Shown: one piece after another, positions 53,430 to 64,000 of the stretch | Layout: each line of letters opens with the position of its first letter | Position numbering within the stretch: position 1 is the first letter of the stretch | Assembly: GCA_965206695.1 (NCBI GenBank) | Contig: CBDBKM010000010.1 | Location: forward strand, 480,001-544,000 | DNA: 64,000 nucleotides | Direction of reading: 5' to 3' | DNA from: Chlamydiales bacterium | GTDB lineage: Bacteria; Chlamydiota; Chlamydiia; Chlamydiales; JAAZZY01 | Notes under the pieces: model-generated | Database searches by the model: none | What the model saw: only the letters and a program-made list of their open reading frames with translations | What the model was told of the DNA's origin: nothing | Position numbers and translations under genes: made by a program

Positions 53430-54593
53430 TTACTTTAAGCTGTTTCGAAAATGGATAGGCAATCTTTTGCAACTACCATCCGCTTCGGATTGATAAAATA
53501 TTTTCTCATTCAATAGACTATTTAAAAACCAAGGGGGTTTACCTTCTTCTAAAAGATATGTTCTTTTAACCTCATCAGAATTTGAAACAATATGTTCAGT
53601 AATAGATGATCTATTATTACTTTTAAAGGTTTCTTGAAAAGAAAACTCTAAAACTTTCTTATAACTTTCGCCTTCTTTGGTCTTTCCTTCACAGTTTATC
53701 AAATTATTATCAGAAAGATCACAGTTAACTGCAACGAATCGAGGGAGACATGTTGGGCTATCATAATGATTACCTGTCTCATAAATAAGTGTTTGTGGAT
53801 TTCTCTTAGAGAAGGATACGGAACTGTGAGAACGACCATAGCTTCTTCTCGTACAAGGCTCAAAGACGTGATAGTGATATTCACCTGTGGTACTACGAGG
53901 ATTACATCCCTCCTTTTCTGACGTAGGTTTAGAGGCCCAACCATTGTTCGTACATGATTGTAATAGGTCCATACGAGGTTCATCTTTATTCATTTCAGCT
54001 CGTATGCTTTGTAAAATTTTGGATTTAGAATATTGAGAGGTTTGTGAAATAAAATCACAAGATCTCTTATATCCGTCTAAAGGTATTTTCGAAATATCTA
54101 ATGTAGGTATATCAGAATATTCAGGTGTCAACATATAAGAAATTGAATGGTACCCACCATAAGCAATTAATGCAGCCGTAGCAATAGCACTTATTCCATA
54201 GGCAACTTTTTTCCAAGTTGGAATACCTTCATCTTTTGTTGATCTCGCAGGACTTACGGGTAAGGAATTAAAAGGTGTTATAGTCTCTTTTTTATTGTGT
54301 AGTAGGTCGTTATCTTTCAAATATTTATTTGAAATATAAATCGTTTTATTTTTTACATATACCGAATCCCCGCCCTGTTTAAAAACATGCCGACCCGGCG
54401 ACCGGAGGGCCGACGGAACAGCTAATGTGGTTGGTACATAATCAGATGGAATAGAAAACAGGTTATCAATAAAAAATAATGGTACTTTAAGTCTTCCGTT
54501 TTCTATATTTTTTGTTTCTTGAAAGGTGTTGTCACGAACATTATCAGCAAAACTCAGATCTATTGGTTTATTATCTAAAGAATAAATTGTCAT
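53430..54593 (-). CDS. Hypothetical single-pass membrane protein with Cys-rich C-terminal region
   Basis: 387 aa; TM segment VAYGISAIATAALIAYGGY; several Cys downstream. Confidence 0.65.
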   Translation of the reverse strand: MTIYSLDNKPIDLSFADNVRDNTFQETKNIENGRLKVPLFFIDNLFSIPSDYVPTTLAVPSALRSPGRHVFKQGGDSVYVKNKTIYISNKYLKDNDLLHNKKETITPFNSLPVSPARSTKDEGIPTWKKVAYGISAIATAALIAYGGYHSISYMLTPEYSDIPTLDISKIPLDGYKRSCDFISQTSQYSKSKILQSIRAEMNKDEPRMDLLQSCTNNGWASKPTSEKEGCNPRSTTGEYHYHVFEPCTRRSYGRSHSSVSFSKRNPQTLIYETGNHYDSPTCLPRFVAVNCDLSDNNLINCEGKTKEGESYKKVLEFSFQETFKSNNRSSITEHIVSNSDEVKRTYLLEEGKPPWFLNSLLNEKIFYQSEADGSCKRLPIHFRNSLK

Positions 54594-54649
54594 AATATCA
54601 CTATATATTGAAGTTTAATCTAAAAGCAATTATAATAAAAAACAACAAT

Positions 54650-55748
54650 CGCCCTTTCAACATCGAAGTGCAACAAACCGCTACAAATTAAACTTGTCTG
54701 AAGGTGGTAAAAAATCTCCTATGGTAAACGTAAGAAAACCAAGGAGGAAAGATGCCAAACGGCTACCGTCACTTAAACAAAGACAAGAGATGCCAATTGT
54801 ATACCTTAATAAGAAGAGGAGATCCTATCACCTTAATTTCCAATGAGTTAAACGTAAATCGATCGACTGTTTATCGCGAGCTAAAACGAAATTGTGGAAA
54901 GCGTGGATATCGGTATCAACAGGCTCAAGAGAAGGCTTTAAAGAGACGAGGCTCAAAAACTCAACAACGAAAGATGAGCAGTGTAATGATTGCCATTATC
55001 GAAGAGAAGTTAAGCGTGCAGTGGAGCCCCGATCAAATATCGGGATGGCTGAAGAAGAAAGGGTATCAAGAAGCTGTAAGCCATGAGACAATCTATAACT
55101 ATGTTTGGGAGGACAAAAAAAGAGGAGGCTTGTTGTATAAACACCTTAGACATAGTGGGAAGAAATATAACAAGCGAGGTAAAAATAGGGCCGGACGAGG
55201 ATGTATTCCCGGACGGACAGATATTTCTGAAAGGCCTGATATCGTAGAGAAGAAAACTCGTTTAGGCAATTGGGAACTAGATACAATCATAGGAACAGAA
55301 GAGAGCGGAGTCATTGTCTCAATGGTCGAAAGAGTCTCAAAGCTAACAAAACCGGAAAAAGTCTCGCGTAAAACCGCTGAGGAAGTAAAGGATGCGCTAG
55401 TAAACAGGTTAAGACCGGTCCAAAAATTTGTCATGACATTAACTGCTGACAACGGGAAAGAATTTACTTACCATAAACAAGTGAGCCAATTACTTGAGAC
55501 AAGTTTTTACTTTGCTACCCCCCATCATTCGTGGGAGAGAGGGCTGAACGAGCATACGAATGGACTCGTTCGACAATATCTCCCTAAAAATAAACGGTTT
55601 GATGAAGTCTCAGCAGGTAATTTAAAAAAGATTGAGAACTTGCTTAACAATAGACCCCGAAAAGTGTTAAACTTTTCAACACCGGAGGAGGTGTTTAACC
55701 GTCTCAGTAAGGAAGCAGCGAGTGTTGCACTTCGATGTTGAAAGGGCG
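54650..55748 (+). mobile_element. IS30-family element (transposase 54752-55741)
   Basis: Same 26-bp IR; 3-bp target duplication AAT. Confidence 0.95.
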
Positions 55749-56114
55749 AATTAATTAAAGTAAAAAAATCGTCAATTATCTAAATGAAGAAATTTATAAA
55801 TAATTTTATTGTTTTTTAAGTTAAATAAAGAATATACTTTATCATTTTAGAGGCTTGTAGAACAATTGAATGATACATTTCAAGTGCCGGAACTCAATTC
55901 TGTCCGGTTTCCAATGTGATAAGTATAGACTCTTTTGATGATAGATTTATAATTTAAGTTTGGAAAAAATAGCAGAGAGTGAAATGTCAGATCAAGAAAA
56001 ATTCAAGGGAAATAGATTGTAAATATTAGATTAGCATAATTTTGCTTTCTTAAAAAAAATGAAATCATTACTGTTTTTTTGAATTTATATTAACATTTAA
56101 ATGAGAAAAAAACC

Positions 56115-57548
56115 GTGAAAATCATTATCCTTTTTTTTATTTCCGTTTTAATCTTTTTACCCCAAGCTATATTTTCCGATTATCATGATGATGAGTCTGC
56201 CTACCACTCTCCTCAGAGGATTAGGCAAATGGAAAAGAAAAAGCAAGAGTATGCAAGGAGAGAAAGAGAAGAAGCAAAAAAAACGAAAAAAGGTGGAGAA
56301 GACATGTCGGAGTGTAAGACACCACCTCTTAGAGATCAAACGGCCAGAGAATTTTATAATGCTACCTATACTTTAGGAGAAAGAATAGGGTGGCTTCAAG
56401 AACTAGCTGATTCAGGACTTTATTTTGGGATTTCTTATTGGATTGACTTACAAGGCAACCCGTCAGGAGGGAAAAAACAGACATTTGGCAATGCAAGTTC
56501 TTTAGGTTTTAGTTTTGCTCTAGATTTTGAAAAAATGATGGGTATTCCGGGTTTTTCTATTTTCAATTCATGGGTTTATCGTAGTGCTACGAATCTAACA
56601 CAACAGATTGGGAATAAATTCAATGTGGCTCAACTCTATGGAGGCAATTTTTTTCAATTAAATGAACTATATGCTAAATTAGATCTCTTTGGCGAAGGCT
56701 TCCGGGCTAAAGCCGGTCGTCTGAATGCAGGTAATGACTTTTTAGTTTCTTCTTTGAACTGCAAGTTCGTGAATAATGGGTTTTGTGGCAACCCAACATC
56801 CATTTTTTCTAATATCTTTTTCTCAGCTTATCCTACTGCTACTTGGGGTGCTTATATGCATATAAAGCCAACAGACTATTTTTTGATGAAGTATGCTATT
56901 TATAATGAAAATCCTCACGTCTTGAAAAGCACTACAAATGGTTTTGATTTTTCTTTTAATAACACGCAAGGGATGTTGTTAATTACTCAATGGGATTTCA
57001 TGTATCAATTGGGTCGTGATTGGAAGGGTTATCCCGGAAATTTTAAAGCCGCTTTTTATTATCTAACTAAAGGAATTCCTCGATTTATAGGGAAAGAGAC
57101 AAATCATAATCTAGGTTTTTATTTTGAACTCGATCAAATGATTTATCAAAAAGGAGGGCCTGATTCAAAAATGGGATTAACCCCATTCGCATGGCTCCTG
57201 TTTGCCCCTAAAGAATATAATATGCTTCCTTTTTTCATGACGAGTGGGCTTGTCTATACCGGAATATTGCCGACTCGAGAAAAAGATAGTCTGTGTTTAG
57301 GAATTGCTTATGGAACCTTTAGCTCTGAGATGAGGACGGTACAACGTAACGCACAAAAGCTGGGTATCGGTAGCCCTTATGGAAGAGAGCCTCAAAATTT
57401 CGAAACAGTGTTAGAGCTTAATTATTGGATACAAGTAACCAATTGGTGGCAGATTACACCGGATATTCAATATGTCATTAATCCCGATGGATTAGGCACT
57501 ATAAAAAATGCTTGGGTATTCGGAGCGCAAATTGGCATACTATTTTAG
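56115..57548 (+). CDS. OprB-family carbohydrate-selective porin
   Basis: Signal peptide; GNPSGG, AGRLNAGNDF, AYPTATWG, ETVLELNY..Q...W.QITPDIQYVINP; terminal Phe. Confidence 0.88.
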   Translation: MKIIILFFISVLIFLPQAIFSDYHDDESAYHSPQRIRQMEKKKQEYARREREEAKKTKKGGEDMSECKTPPLRDQTAREFYNATYTLGERIGWLQELADSGLYFGISYWIDLQGNPSGGKKQTFGNASSLGFSFALDFEKMMGIPGFSIFNSWVYRSATNLTQQIGNKFNVAQLYGGNFFQLNELYAKLDLFGEGFRAKAGRLNAGNDFLVSSLNCKFVNNGFCGNPTSIFSNIFFSAYPTATWGAYMHIKPTDYFLMKYAIYNENPHVLKSTTNGFDFSFNNTQGMLLITQWDFMYQLGRDWKGYPGNFKAAFYYLTKGIPRFIGKETNHNLGFYFELDQMIYQKGGPDSKMGLTPFAWLLFAPKEYNMLPFFMTSGLVYTGILPTREKDSLCLGIAYGTFSSEMRTVQRNAQKLGIGSPYGREPQNFETVLELNYWIQVTNWWQITPDIQYVINPDGLGTIKNAWVFGAQIGILF

Positions 57549-57799
57549 CTCATTTTACTATTGATTTAGTATTACTATAGAATTTGTATCTTTTTTAAAG
57601 ATAATGTTTCTGCATGTAACGTAGTATTCGCTGACCGAGCGACAAGGCACGAAATAGCTTTTGTCCTTCTTCAAAGAGTAATTATTCGTACATGTGCGTT
57701 CTTCGAGATTCCTTAATGAATGAAGAACTTTTATTAAAATAATCTAAAAAGCAAGATATTCGTGGATTTTTCGATTGAATTTCTGAGACGGCAGCTTCT

Positions 57800-57965
57800 A
57801 CGGATATATAATAGCATTGGCTAACCCTATTCCTCTGATTTTTTGTGATAATCCTCGGATTTTCTTTTTCAAATTTGCCCAAAATAGCTCAATAGGATTC
57901 AGATCCGACGAACCGGGCGGAAGAAAAAGAATGTGATACCTTGTTTCTTCTATGGGAGTGTTGCG
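57800..57965 (-). pseudogene. IS630-type transposase C-terminal remnant
   Basis: ILFLPPGSSDLNPIELFWANLKKKIR. Confidence 0.65.
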
Positions 57966-58046
57966 ATCCGGCTAAATTTCCAAGTATAGCTCTGTCAAAT
58001 TTTTCGGCTTGCAACAGCAAACCGCTAAGATAAGCTTACAATCACC

Positions 58047-58095
58047 TATAGTATTTTAATTTTTATTTGATAATATGTTATCCTTCTTTTTTTAT
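58047..58095 (+). mobile_element. Orphan IS630 left end
   Basis: Matches the first ~49 bp of IS630, followed by IS30. Confidence 0.85.
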
Positions 58096-58099
58096 GCCC

Positions 58100-58850
58100 C
58101 GCCCTTTCAACATCGAAGTGCAACAAACCGCTACAAATTAAACTTGTCTGAAGGTGGTAAAAAATCTCCTATGGTAAACGTAAGAAAACCAAGGAGGAAA
58201 GATGCCAAACGGCTACCGTCACTTAAACAAAGACAAGAGATGCCAATTGTATACCTTAATAAGAAGAGGAGATCCTATCACCTTAATTTCCAATGAGTTA
58301 AACGTAAATCGATCGACTGTTTATCGCGAGCTAAAACGAAATTGTGGAAAGCGTGGATATCGGTATCAACAGGCTCAAGAGAAGGCTTTAAAGAGACGAG
58401 GCTCAAAAACTCAACAACGAAAGATGAGCAGTGTAATGATTGCCATTATCGAAGAGAAGTTAAGGGTGCAGTGGAGCCCCGATCAAATATCGGGATGGCT
58501 GAAGAAGAAAGGGTATCAAGAAGCTGTAAGCCATGAGACAATCTATAACTATGTTTGGGAGGACAAAAAAAGAGGAGGCTTGTTGTATAAACACCTTAGA
58601 CATAGTGGGAAGAAATATAACAAGCGAGGTAAAAATAGGGCCGGACGAGGATGTATTCCCGGACGGACAGATATTTCTGAAAGGCCTGATATCGTAGAGA
58701 AGAAAACTCGTTTAGGCGATTGGGAACTAGATACAATCATAGGAACAGAAGGGAGCGGAGTCATTGTCTCAATGGTCGAAAGAGTCTCAAAGCTAACAAA
58801 ACCAGAAAAAGTCTCGCGTAAAACCGCTGAGGAAGTAAAGGATGCGCTAG
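58100..58850 (+). mobile_element. IS30 copy truncated by IS630
   Basis: Left IR plus 217 codons, then the IS630 left end. Confidence 0.92.
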
Positions 58851-59789
58851 TATAGTATTTTAATTTTTATTTGATAATATGTTATCCTTTTTTTTTTATA
58901 CAAACAGTAAGGACAAAACAATGCCTAGAGCCTATTCAGTAGATCTTCGAGAGAAAGTATTACAACATATAGAAAAACATCATGATAAAAAAACAGCCGG
59001 CCATATTTTTCAAGTAGGTATCGCAACAATATATCGATGGATCTTGCAAAAAAAGCAAAAAGGACATTTAAAGCCAATCCGCAGAAAATATGCTTATAAG
59101 AAATTAGATGATGAGTTGTTATCTAAATATGTAGAAAAACATCCGGATTATTTTTTATCGGAAATTGCTGATTATTTTTCAGTCACTCCGCAAACGATTT
59201 TTTATGCCCTTAAAAGATTAAAAATTACACGAAAAAAAAAACTACTCGCTATAAGGAAAGAGATGAAAAGAAACGGGAAGCTTTTATGAAAAATTTAAAA
59301 AATATTCCCTTTGACAAGAGAATTTATCTCGATGAAACCGGGATTCATCAATTTTTATTTCGTGAGTCCGGAAGAAGCTTACGCGGCAAAAAAGTTTTTG
59401 GAGCGGTTTCAGGAAACCGCTTTATAAGGCAAAATATTATTTCAGCCCTATCTAAAGGGCAGTTTTTATCTCCAATGTGTTTTGAAGGTACTTGTAATAC
59501 CGGGTTATTCAATATTTGGCTTAAGGAAGTTTTGACTCCTCAGCTTACACCCGGTAGTGTTCTTATTCTTGACAATGCCGGTTTTCACAAGTCAGTGGAA
59601 AGCAGGAAAACAGTAGCATCTGCCGGTTGTAAGCTTATGTTTCTTCCTCCCTATTCTCCGGACTTAAATCCTATAGAAAAATATTGGGCTAATATGAAAA
59701 ATAAAGTTAGAGAGATATTACGAAAAGTTACGAATTTTAAATTCGCCATTGATCAAGCAATCTTATCAATGTAAAATTAAATGACTATA
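58851..59789 (+). mobile_element. IS630 copy 7 (intact orfA/orfB)
   Basis: TTA allele, A10 tract, both termini present. Confidence 0.95.
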
Positions 59790-59828
59790 AAAACTACTTA
59801 GACCGAAACAGGCCCAATTTGTCGCACT

Positions 59829-61226
59829 TCATAGTTGAAAAGGCAGCATTTCAGAAATCAGCTTGTTAAGATAATTTCTACCGGGTTTTAGGGCAAGATC
59901 TAATTCTTTCGGGAAAGGAAAAAAGTAATCAGGGATCTTAAAGCGAGGGAGATATTGTTCGAGCTCTGATTTAAGTGCCTCGGGGTTTAGGGGAGTATTG
60001 GATTTAATAAAGGCTATAGGGCGATAACCAAATGTCTCATCTTCATAAGACAGTACAACGGCTTGTATGATATTAGCGAGTTTTAGAAGAATTGTCTCAA
60101 TCTCTTCCGGTTGGATATTCTCGCCACCGGAAATAAATAGATTATCTTTTCTTCCTATTATAGACAAAGTATCCGTACCTTTTAGTTCACCTAAGTCGCC
60201 TGTTTTGAAATAACCGCCTTGTAATGAAAGCGGTTCATTCAGGTAGCCTTTGAAAAGGGTAGGACCTTTTACTAAAATTTCTGAATCTTTAGAAATCTTA
60301 ACTTGTCTGAAAGGTAATATAAGCGCTTTGTTTATATGGGTAGGGTGGGTAGTAGCTACTTGTGATGACATTTCAGTAAGGCCATATGTTTTTAAGGCTA
60401 TTATATGTTTTTTACCGGCTTCTTCTATCAGGTCATTTAAGATAGGTCCTCCACCAATAAGAAGCCATTTAAGCGATTCAATGATTTTGGGGAGTATTGA
60501 TGACTCTAATAATTGTTTTAGTTGAGTTGGTATCAAAGAGAGGTGGTTGATTGAAAATTGAGCGATATTTTTATCCAGGGGCATATTGGCATGAGGAATA
60601 ACTAAGGTGGATTGATTGAGTAGTATTCTAAATATGATCGCTATTCCTCCTACATGGTAAAGAGGTAATGATAAAAGCCATTTGGCATCAGGGTTTAAGG
60701 GAAGATAAGTATTAGCACCCAAGGCACTGAAGTAATGATTACCTATAGAGTGTTGACAAATTTTAGGCTCGCCCGAACTTCCGGAAGTAAATAGAAGCGT
60801 AGATATTTGATCCGGGTAGTAATGGAAACAAGGTCCGGCATCGCTCGCAATAGGAATAAGGAATTCTTCTGTTGAATATATAGGAAGAGGGCACTCATCA
60901 AACGACTCATCACTAATTAGAAGAGTTGCATTAAGCTTATGTAATTGTTTAAACACACCTTTTTTGGGTTGATAGGTGTTAAGGGGGCAAAATAGAATTT
61001 TCATTCGCAAACAAGCGAATAGAAATGGAACAAAATAGGTCTTATCATTAGAAAAAAAAGCAAGGCGATCATTTTCTTGAAGACTTAAGTTTTTTAAATG
61101 ATGCATAATACATAATGTCCGGTCATTTAATTGTTCGTATGTCAAGGTATTATCAGACGTGATTAAGGCGGTTTTATGAGGAAAAAGACGCGCTGTACGG
61201 CTTAAAGGACATAAAATATTAAACAT
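59829..61226 (-). CDS. menE: O-succinylbenzoate-CoA ligase
   Basis: FTSGSSGEPK, LPLYHVGG, YGLTE, TGDLG, GRKDNLFISGGENIQP. Confidence 0.92.
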   Translation of the reverse strand: MFNILCPLSRTARLFPHKTALITSDNTLTYEQLNDRTLCIMHHLKNLSLQENDRLAFFSNDKTYFVPFLFACLRMKILFCPLNTYQPKKGVFKQLHKLNATLLISDESFDECPLPIYSTEEFLIPIASDAGPCFHYYPDQISTLLFTSGSSGEPKICQHSIGNHYFSALGANTYLPLNPDAKWLLSLPLYHVGGIAIIFRILLNQSTLVIPHANMPLDKNIAQFSINHLSLIPTQLKQLLESSILPKIIESLKWLLIGGGPILNDLIEEAGKKHIIALKTYGLTEMSSQVATTHPTHINKALILPFRQVKISKDSEILVKGPTLFKGYLNEPLSLQGGYFKTGDLGELKGTDTLSIIGRKDNLFISGGENIQPEEIETILLKLANIIQAVVLSYEDETFGYRPIAFIKSNTPLNPEALKSELEQYLPRFKIPDYFFPFPKELDLALKPGRNYLNKLISEMLPFQL

Positions 61227-62271
61227 GGACTTTCTCTAAATATGCAAAGTTAAATATAGGGAGATTTTGGTTATCTATTTTAAGAGAACCATTTGTAAAA
61301 GATAGATTGGGTTTTAAAACATCATGCTGTAGAAAGGAATAACTATCAAGGCCCATAGGAATGGATTGTAGGTTAAACCTCGAAGCTAATTGAGTCATTG
61401 AGAGTATACCAATCCCACTCTCATAGATGCTACTCAAAACACAATAAAGATTATTTTTCTTAGCTATTTCAATCAAAGAAAAAAGAGCATTTAATGCTCC
61501 AATAATAGGAGGTTTTAAAACAAAAGCTTTTTTTGTTTTTGTTTGCAGTAATACGTCTAGTGGCAGATCAGTTAATGATTCATCGAAAGCAATGGGGTGT
61601 AAGTGGGTTTGAGAGAGTATTGGAAGTTCGTAAGGATTGGCCAAAGGCTCTTCGATGTATTCAAAAGTATCGAGATCAAAAGAAGAGAGAAAAAAGTGGG
61701 CTTCTTTTGTTGTCCATGATCGGTTAATATCCAAACGAATAGGGTTATTGTTTAGATGCTCTATAACCTTGTTTACAAAATCAACAGCAGCTTTATTTTT
61801 TCGGTTTCCAATTTTCAGTTTAACTGTTTGATTAGGTTCAATGGTTTTAATCTTTTGTATGATTTGTTCTATTGTCCCCGTTAGAAGAGCGTTAACAGGG
61901 AATAGGATATTTGATTTTGTTGTAGGTTTAAGCAGTTGATAGACTCCAAATTCAAGAGCAAAAAAAAGAGAGGGAAAACGAGTCAAATCACTTTGTTGAC
62001 TTAATGAATTGGGGCAGTATAAAAGATGATCTACATGCCAATCATGGTCTAAAATAAAAGGTTTTAATCTCTTTAGTTCTAAAAGTGAGTGGATAATCGA
62101 ATCAGAGCTAAAAGTGGGCAAAGGGGCAACTTCTGCCCAAATCGAATTTTTAGAACTATCAGTTATCTTAATTAAAAGACCCTCTCTATTAAGAAGGCTA
62201 ACTTTTTTGAGTTGAATGGGCCGATTTAAAGGAAGCTTATAACGAAATACTTCAAGATCATGCAATTTCAT
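61219..62271 (-). CDS. menC: O-succinylbenzoate synthase
   Basis: EVAPLP.FS, VKLKIG, IRLDINRSW, YIEEP, IAFDESL, VLSSIYES. Confidence 0.88.
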   Translation of the reverse strand: MKLHDLEVFRYKLPLNRPIQLKKVSLLNREGLLIKITDSSKNSIWAEVAPLPTFSSDSIIHSLLELKRLKPFILDHDWHVDHLLYCPNSLSQQSDLTRFPSLFFALEFGVYQLLKPTTKSNILFPVNALLTGTIEQIIQKIKTIEPNQTVKLKIGNRKNKAAVDFVNKVIEHLNNNPIRLDINRSWTTKEAHFFLSSFDLDTFEYIEEPLANPYELPILSQTHLHPIAFDESLTDLPLDVLLQTKTKKAFVLKPPIIGALNALFSLIEIAKKNNLYCVLSSIYESGIGILSMTQLASRFNLQSIPMGLDSYSFLQHDVLKPNLSFTNGSLKIDNQNLPIFNFAYLEKVHV

Positions 62272-63155
62272 AACAGATATCCAAGCGAGAATAGGAATGT
62301 ATAGAACACCAAAAGCTTAGCGGTTTTGACGAGTATTATATTAAGCTCTTGAGATGTGGGATGTTGAAAGACTTTGATGATGAGGGGTAAAGAGAAGGGT
62401 AGAATCAGAAGAGCCATCATAGAAAAGTAGTGGCTCTTCGTTAAAATAGCTAATATAAGAGGTATTATAGAAGTTAATACAATACATGCTAAATATTCAA
62501 TTTTTCCAAATAGTACTCCAAATCTCACGCAGAGTGTTATTTTAAAAGCTAATGCATCTGTTTCTTTATCTCTTAAATTATTTATTGCTAATATAGCTGT
62601 TGATAACAGACCGGGAGATAAGCTTAAAAAAAAAACATCTATTGAAACTGACAAAGTATGCAAATAATAGGTTCCCATAACAGCAATAGGTCCGAAAAAA
62701 ATAAATACCAAAAGTTCTCCTAGACCCATATATCCGAGTGGGTTCGTGCCTCCCGTATAAAAATAAGCAGCTAAAAGAGAGGCCAATAAAATCATGACAA
62801 TAGGCATGCCCCCTCGGAAGATAAGTCCTATCGAAAGAATAGTCGCAATAAAAAAGGAGATGGTAATACCTTGTTTCATCGCTTTTTTAGTAAGTAGGCC
62901 GGCCTGCATAACACGCTTAGGGCCTTTTCTTGATTCCGTATCAGCACCTTTTATAAAGTCACAATAATCATTAACAAAATTGCTGCAAATCTGAATACCA
63001 AGAGAGGCTGATAAAGCCAACAGAAAAGATAGGGGATGAAATAATCCTTTTTTAAGAGCTATAACAGTTCCTATTATAACAGGGCATGCTCCGGCAGGGA
63101 GCGTTTGTAGTCTAGCAGCCATTAACCAGACATTAATAGAATATCTAAGCTCCAC
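62268..63155 (-). CDS. menA: DHNA octaprenyltransferase
   Basis: ARLQTL, NFVNDYCDF.KGAD, YTGG..PLGY.GLGE, INNLRD..TD. Confidence 0.92.
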   Translation of the reverse strand: MELRYSINVWLMAARLQTLPAGACPVIIGTVIALKKGLFHPLSFLLALSASLGIQICSNFVNDYCDFIKGADTESRKGPKRVMQAGLLTKKAMKQGITISFFIATILSIGLIFRGGMPIVMILLASLLAAYFYTGGTNPLGYMGLGELLVFIFFGPIAVMGTYYLHTLSVSIDVFFLSLSPGLLSTAILAINNLRDKETDALAFKITLCVRFGVLFGKIEYLACIVLTSIIPLILAILTKSHYFSMMALLILPFSLPLIIKVFQHPTSQELNIILVKTAKLLVFYTFLFSLGYLL

Positions 63156-63157
63156 AA

Positions 63158-63979
63158 CTAGCCTCGCCGGGGAAAAGCTTGAAAGTCAGGCTTTCGCTTT
63201 TCATTAAAGGCATTACGCCCTTCCTGACCTTCTTTGGACATATAATATAACATAGTAGCGTTACCGGCTAGTTCCTGTAAGCCGGCTTGACCATCACAAT
63301 CGGCATTAAAAGCGGCTTTTAGACAACGAAGTGCAACCGGTGAATGGCATAAAATATCTTGGCACCACTCTAAAGTCCTTTCTTCAAGTTTGTCTAAAGG
63401 AGCTACATGATTGATCAGACCCATTTCTAATGCTTGAGTAGCATTATATTGTTTGCAAAGATACCAGATTTCTCTAGCTTTTTTCTGTCCGACAATTCGA
63501 GCCATGTAGCCGGTTCCATATCCACCATCAAATGAACCGACACGTGGTCCCGTTTGACCAAAAACGGCATTGTCTGCTGCTATGGTCAGATCACACAGCA
63601 TATGCAAGACATGCCCTCCACCAATAGCATAACCTGCAACCATCGCAATAATAGGTGTAGGGTGAGTACGCATTTGACGTTGAAAATCTAAAATATTTAA
63701 TCGCTCTATTCCTTTAGTATCAGTATATCCTGCATCTCCACGAATTTTTTGATCTCCTCCCGAACAAAAAGCGCGTGATCCTTCACCACAAAGGATAACC
63801 ACACCAATATCACTATCTTCTCTCGCGTCATGTAGGGCATGGCTCATTTCAGTAACGGTTAAAGGTCTAAAAGCATTATGTACTTGTGGCCTATTGATCG
63901 TAATCTTAGCGATCTGATTCCATGTGTGATATTTTATATCAGTGTATTCATTGCTTTTTTGCCATAAAGCGTGTGTCAT
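63158..63979 (-). CDS. menB: 1,4-dihydroxy-2-naphthoyl-CoA synthase
   Basis: [36 protein letters not shown]. Confidence 0.96.
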   Translation of the reverse strand: MTHALWQKSNEYTDIKYHTWNQIAKITINRPQVHNAFRPLTVTEMSHALHDAREDSDIGVVILCGEGSRAFCSGGDQKIRGDAGYTDTKGIERLNILDFQRQMRTHPTPIIAMVAGYAIGGGHVLHMLCDLTIAADNAVFGQTGPRVGSFDGGYGTGYMARIVGQKKAREIWYLCKQYNATQALEMGLINHVAPLDKLEERTLEWCQDILCHSPVALRCLKAAFNADCDGQAGLQELAGNATMLYYMSKEGQEGRNAFNEKRKPDFQAFPRRG

Positions 63980-64000
63980 AATGGTACCTCATATTCATAA

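Noticed and set aside
58075..58296. 73-aa ORF (similar one at 44017-44235)
   Set aside because: Chimeric reading through IS630/IS30 termini.

Overview
AT-rich bacterial chromosome segment, most likely from an environmental or invertebrate-associated Chlamydiota. This is inferred from the pgl-tsaD-rpmG-lolC/E-lolD gene order, a chlamydia-like tRNA-Tyr remnant, a DUF687-like fragment and a classical menB-menA-menC-menE run. 1-12.6 kb: surface-glycan cluster whose core matches an NDP-higher-carbon-sugar (octose/heptose) pathway resembling the lincosamide route. It has a transaldolase, SIS isomerase, nucleotidyltransferase-kinase, GmhB phosphatase, epimerases, a Cys-less NDP-sugar dehydrogenase, a Gfo/Idh/MocA protein, a TPP enzyme and FkbM. 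12.9-16.1 kb: two-subunit ATP citrate lyase. 16-46 kb: decaying accessory zone with many nested IS elements (IS630, IS30, IS5, ISL2-like, IS701, IS4), a reconstructable IS-mediated inversion, a tiny MITE (a second one lies at 12.7 kb) and a TPP-riboswitch-led MFS transporter. It also holds two copies of a higBA + membrane-anchored hydrolase-like effector module. One copy has a downstream lipoprotein and ends at a tRNA-Tyr att-like site; the other lies beside an iteron origin and a DUF927-like remnant. 46-64 kb: core genes with more IS copies. CCGG appears enriched and CCAG/CTGG depleted, and pseudogenes show apparent CTGG->CCGG changes. All family calls come from motif recognition; no searches were run.
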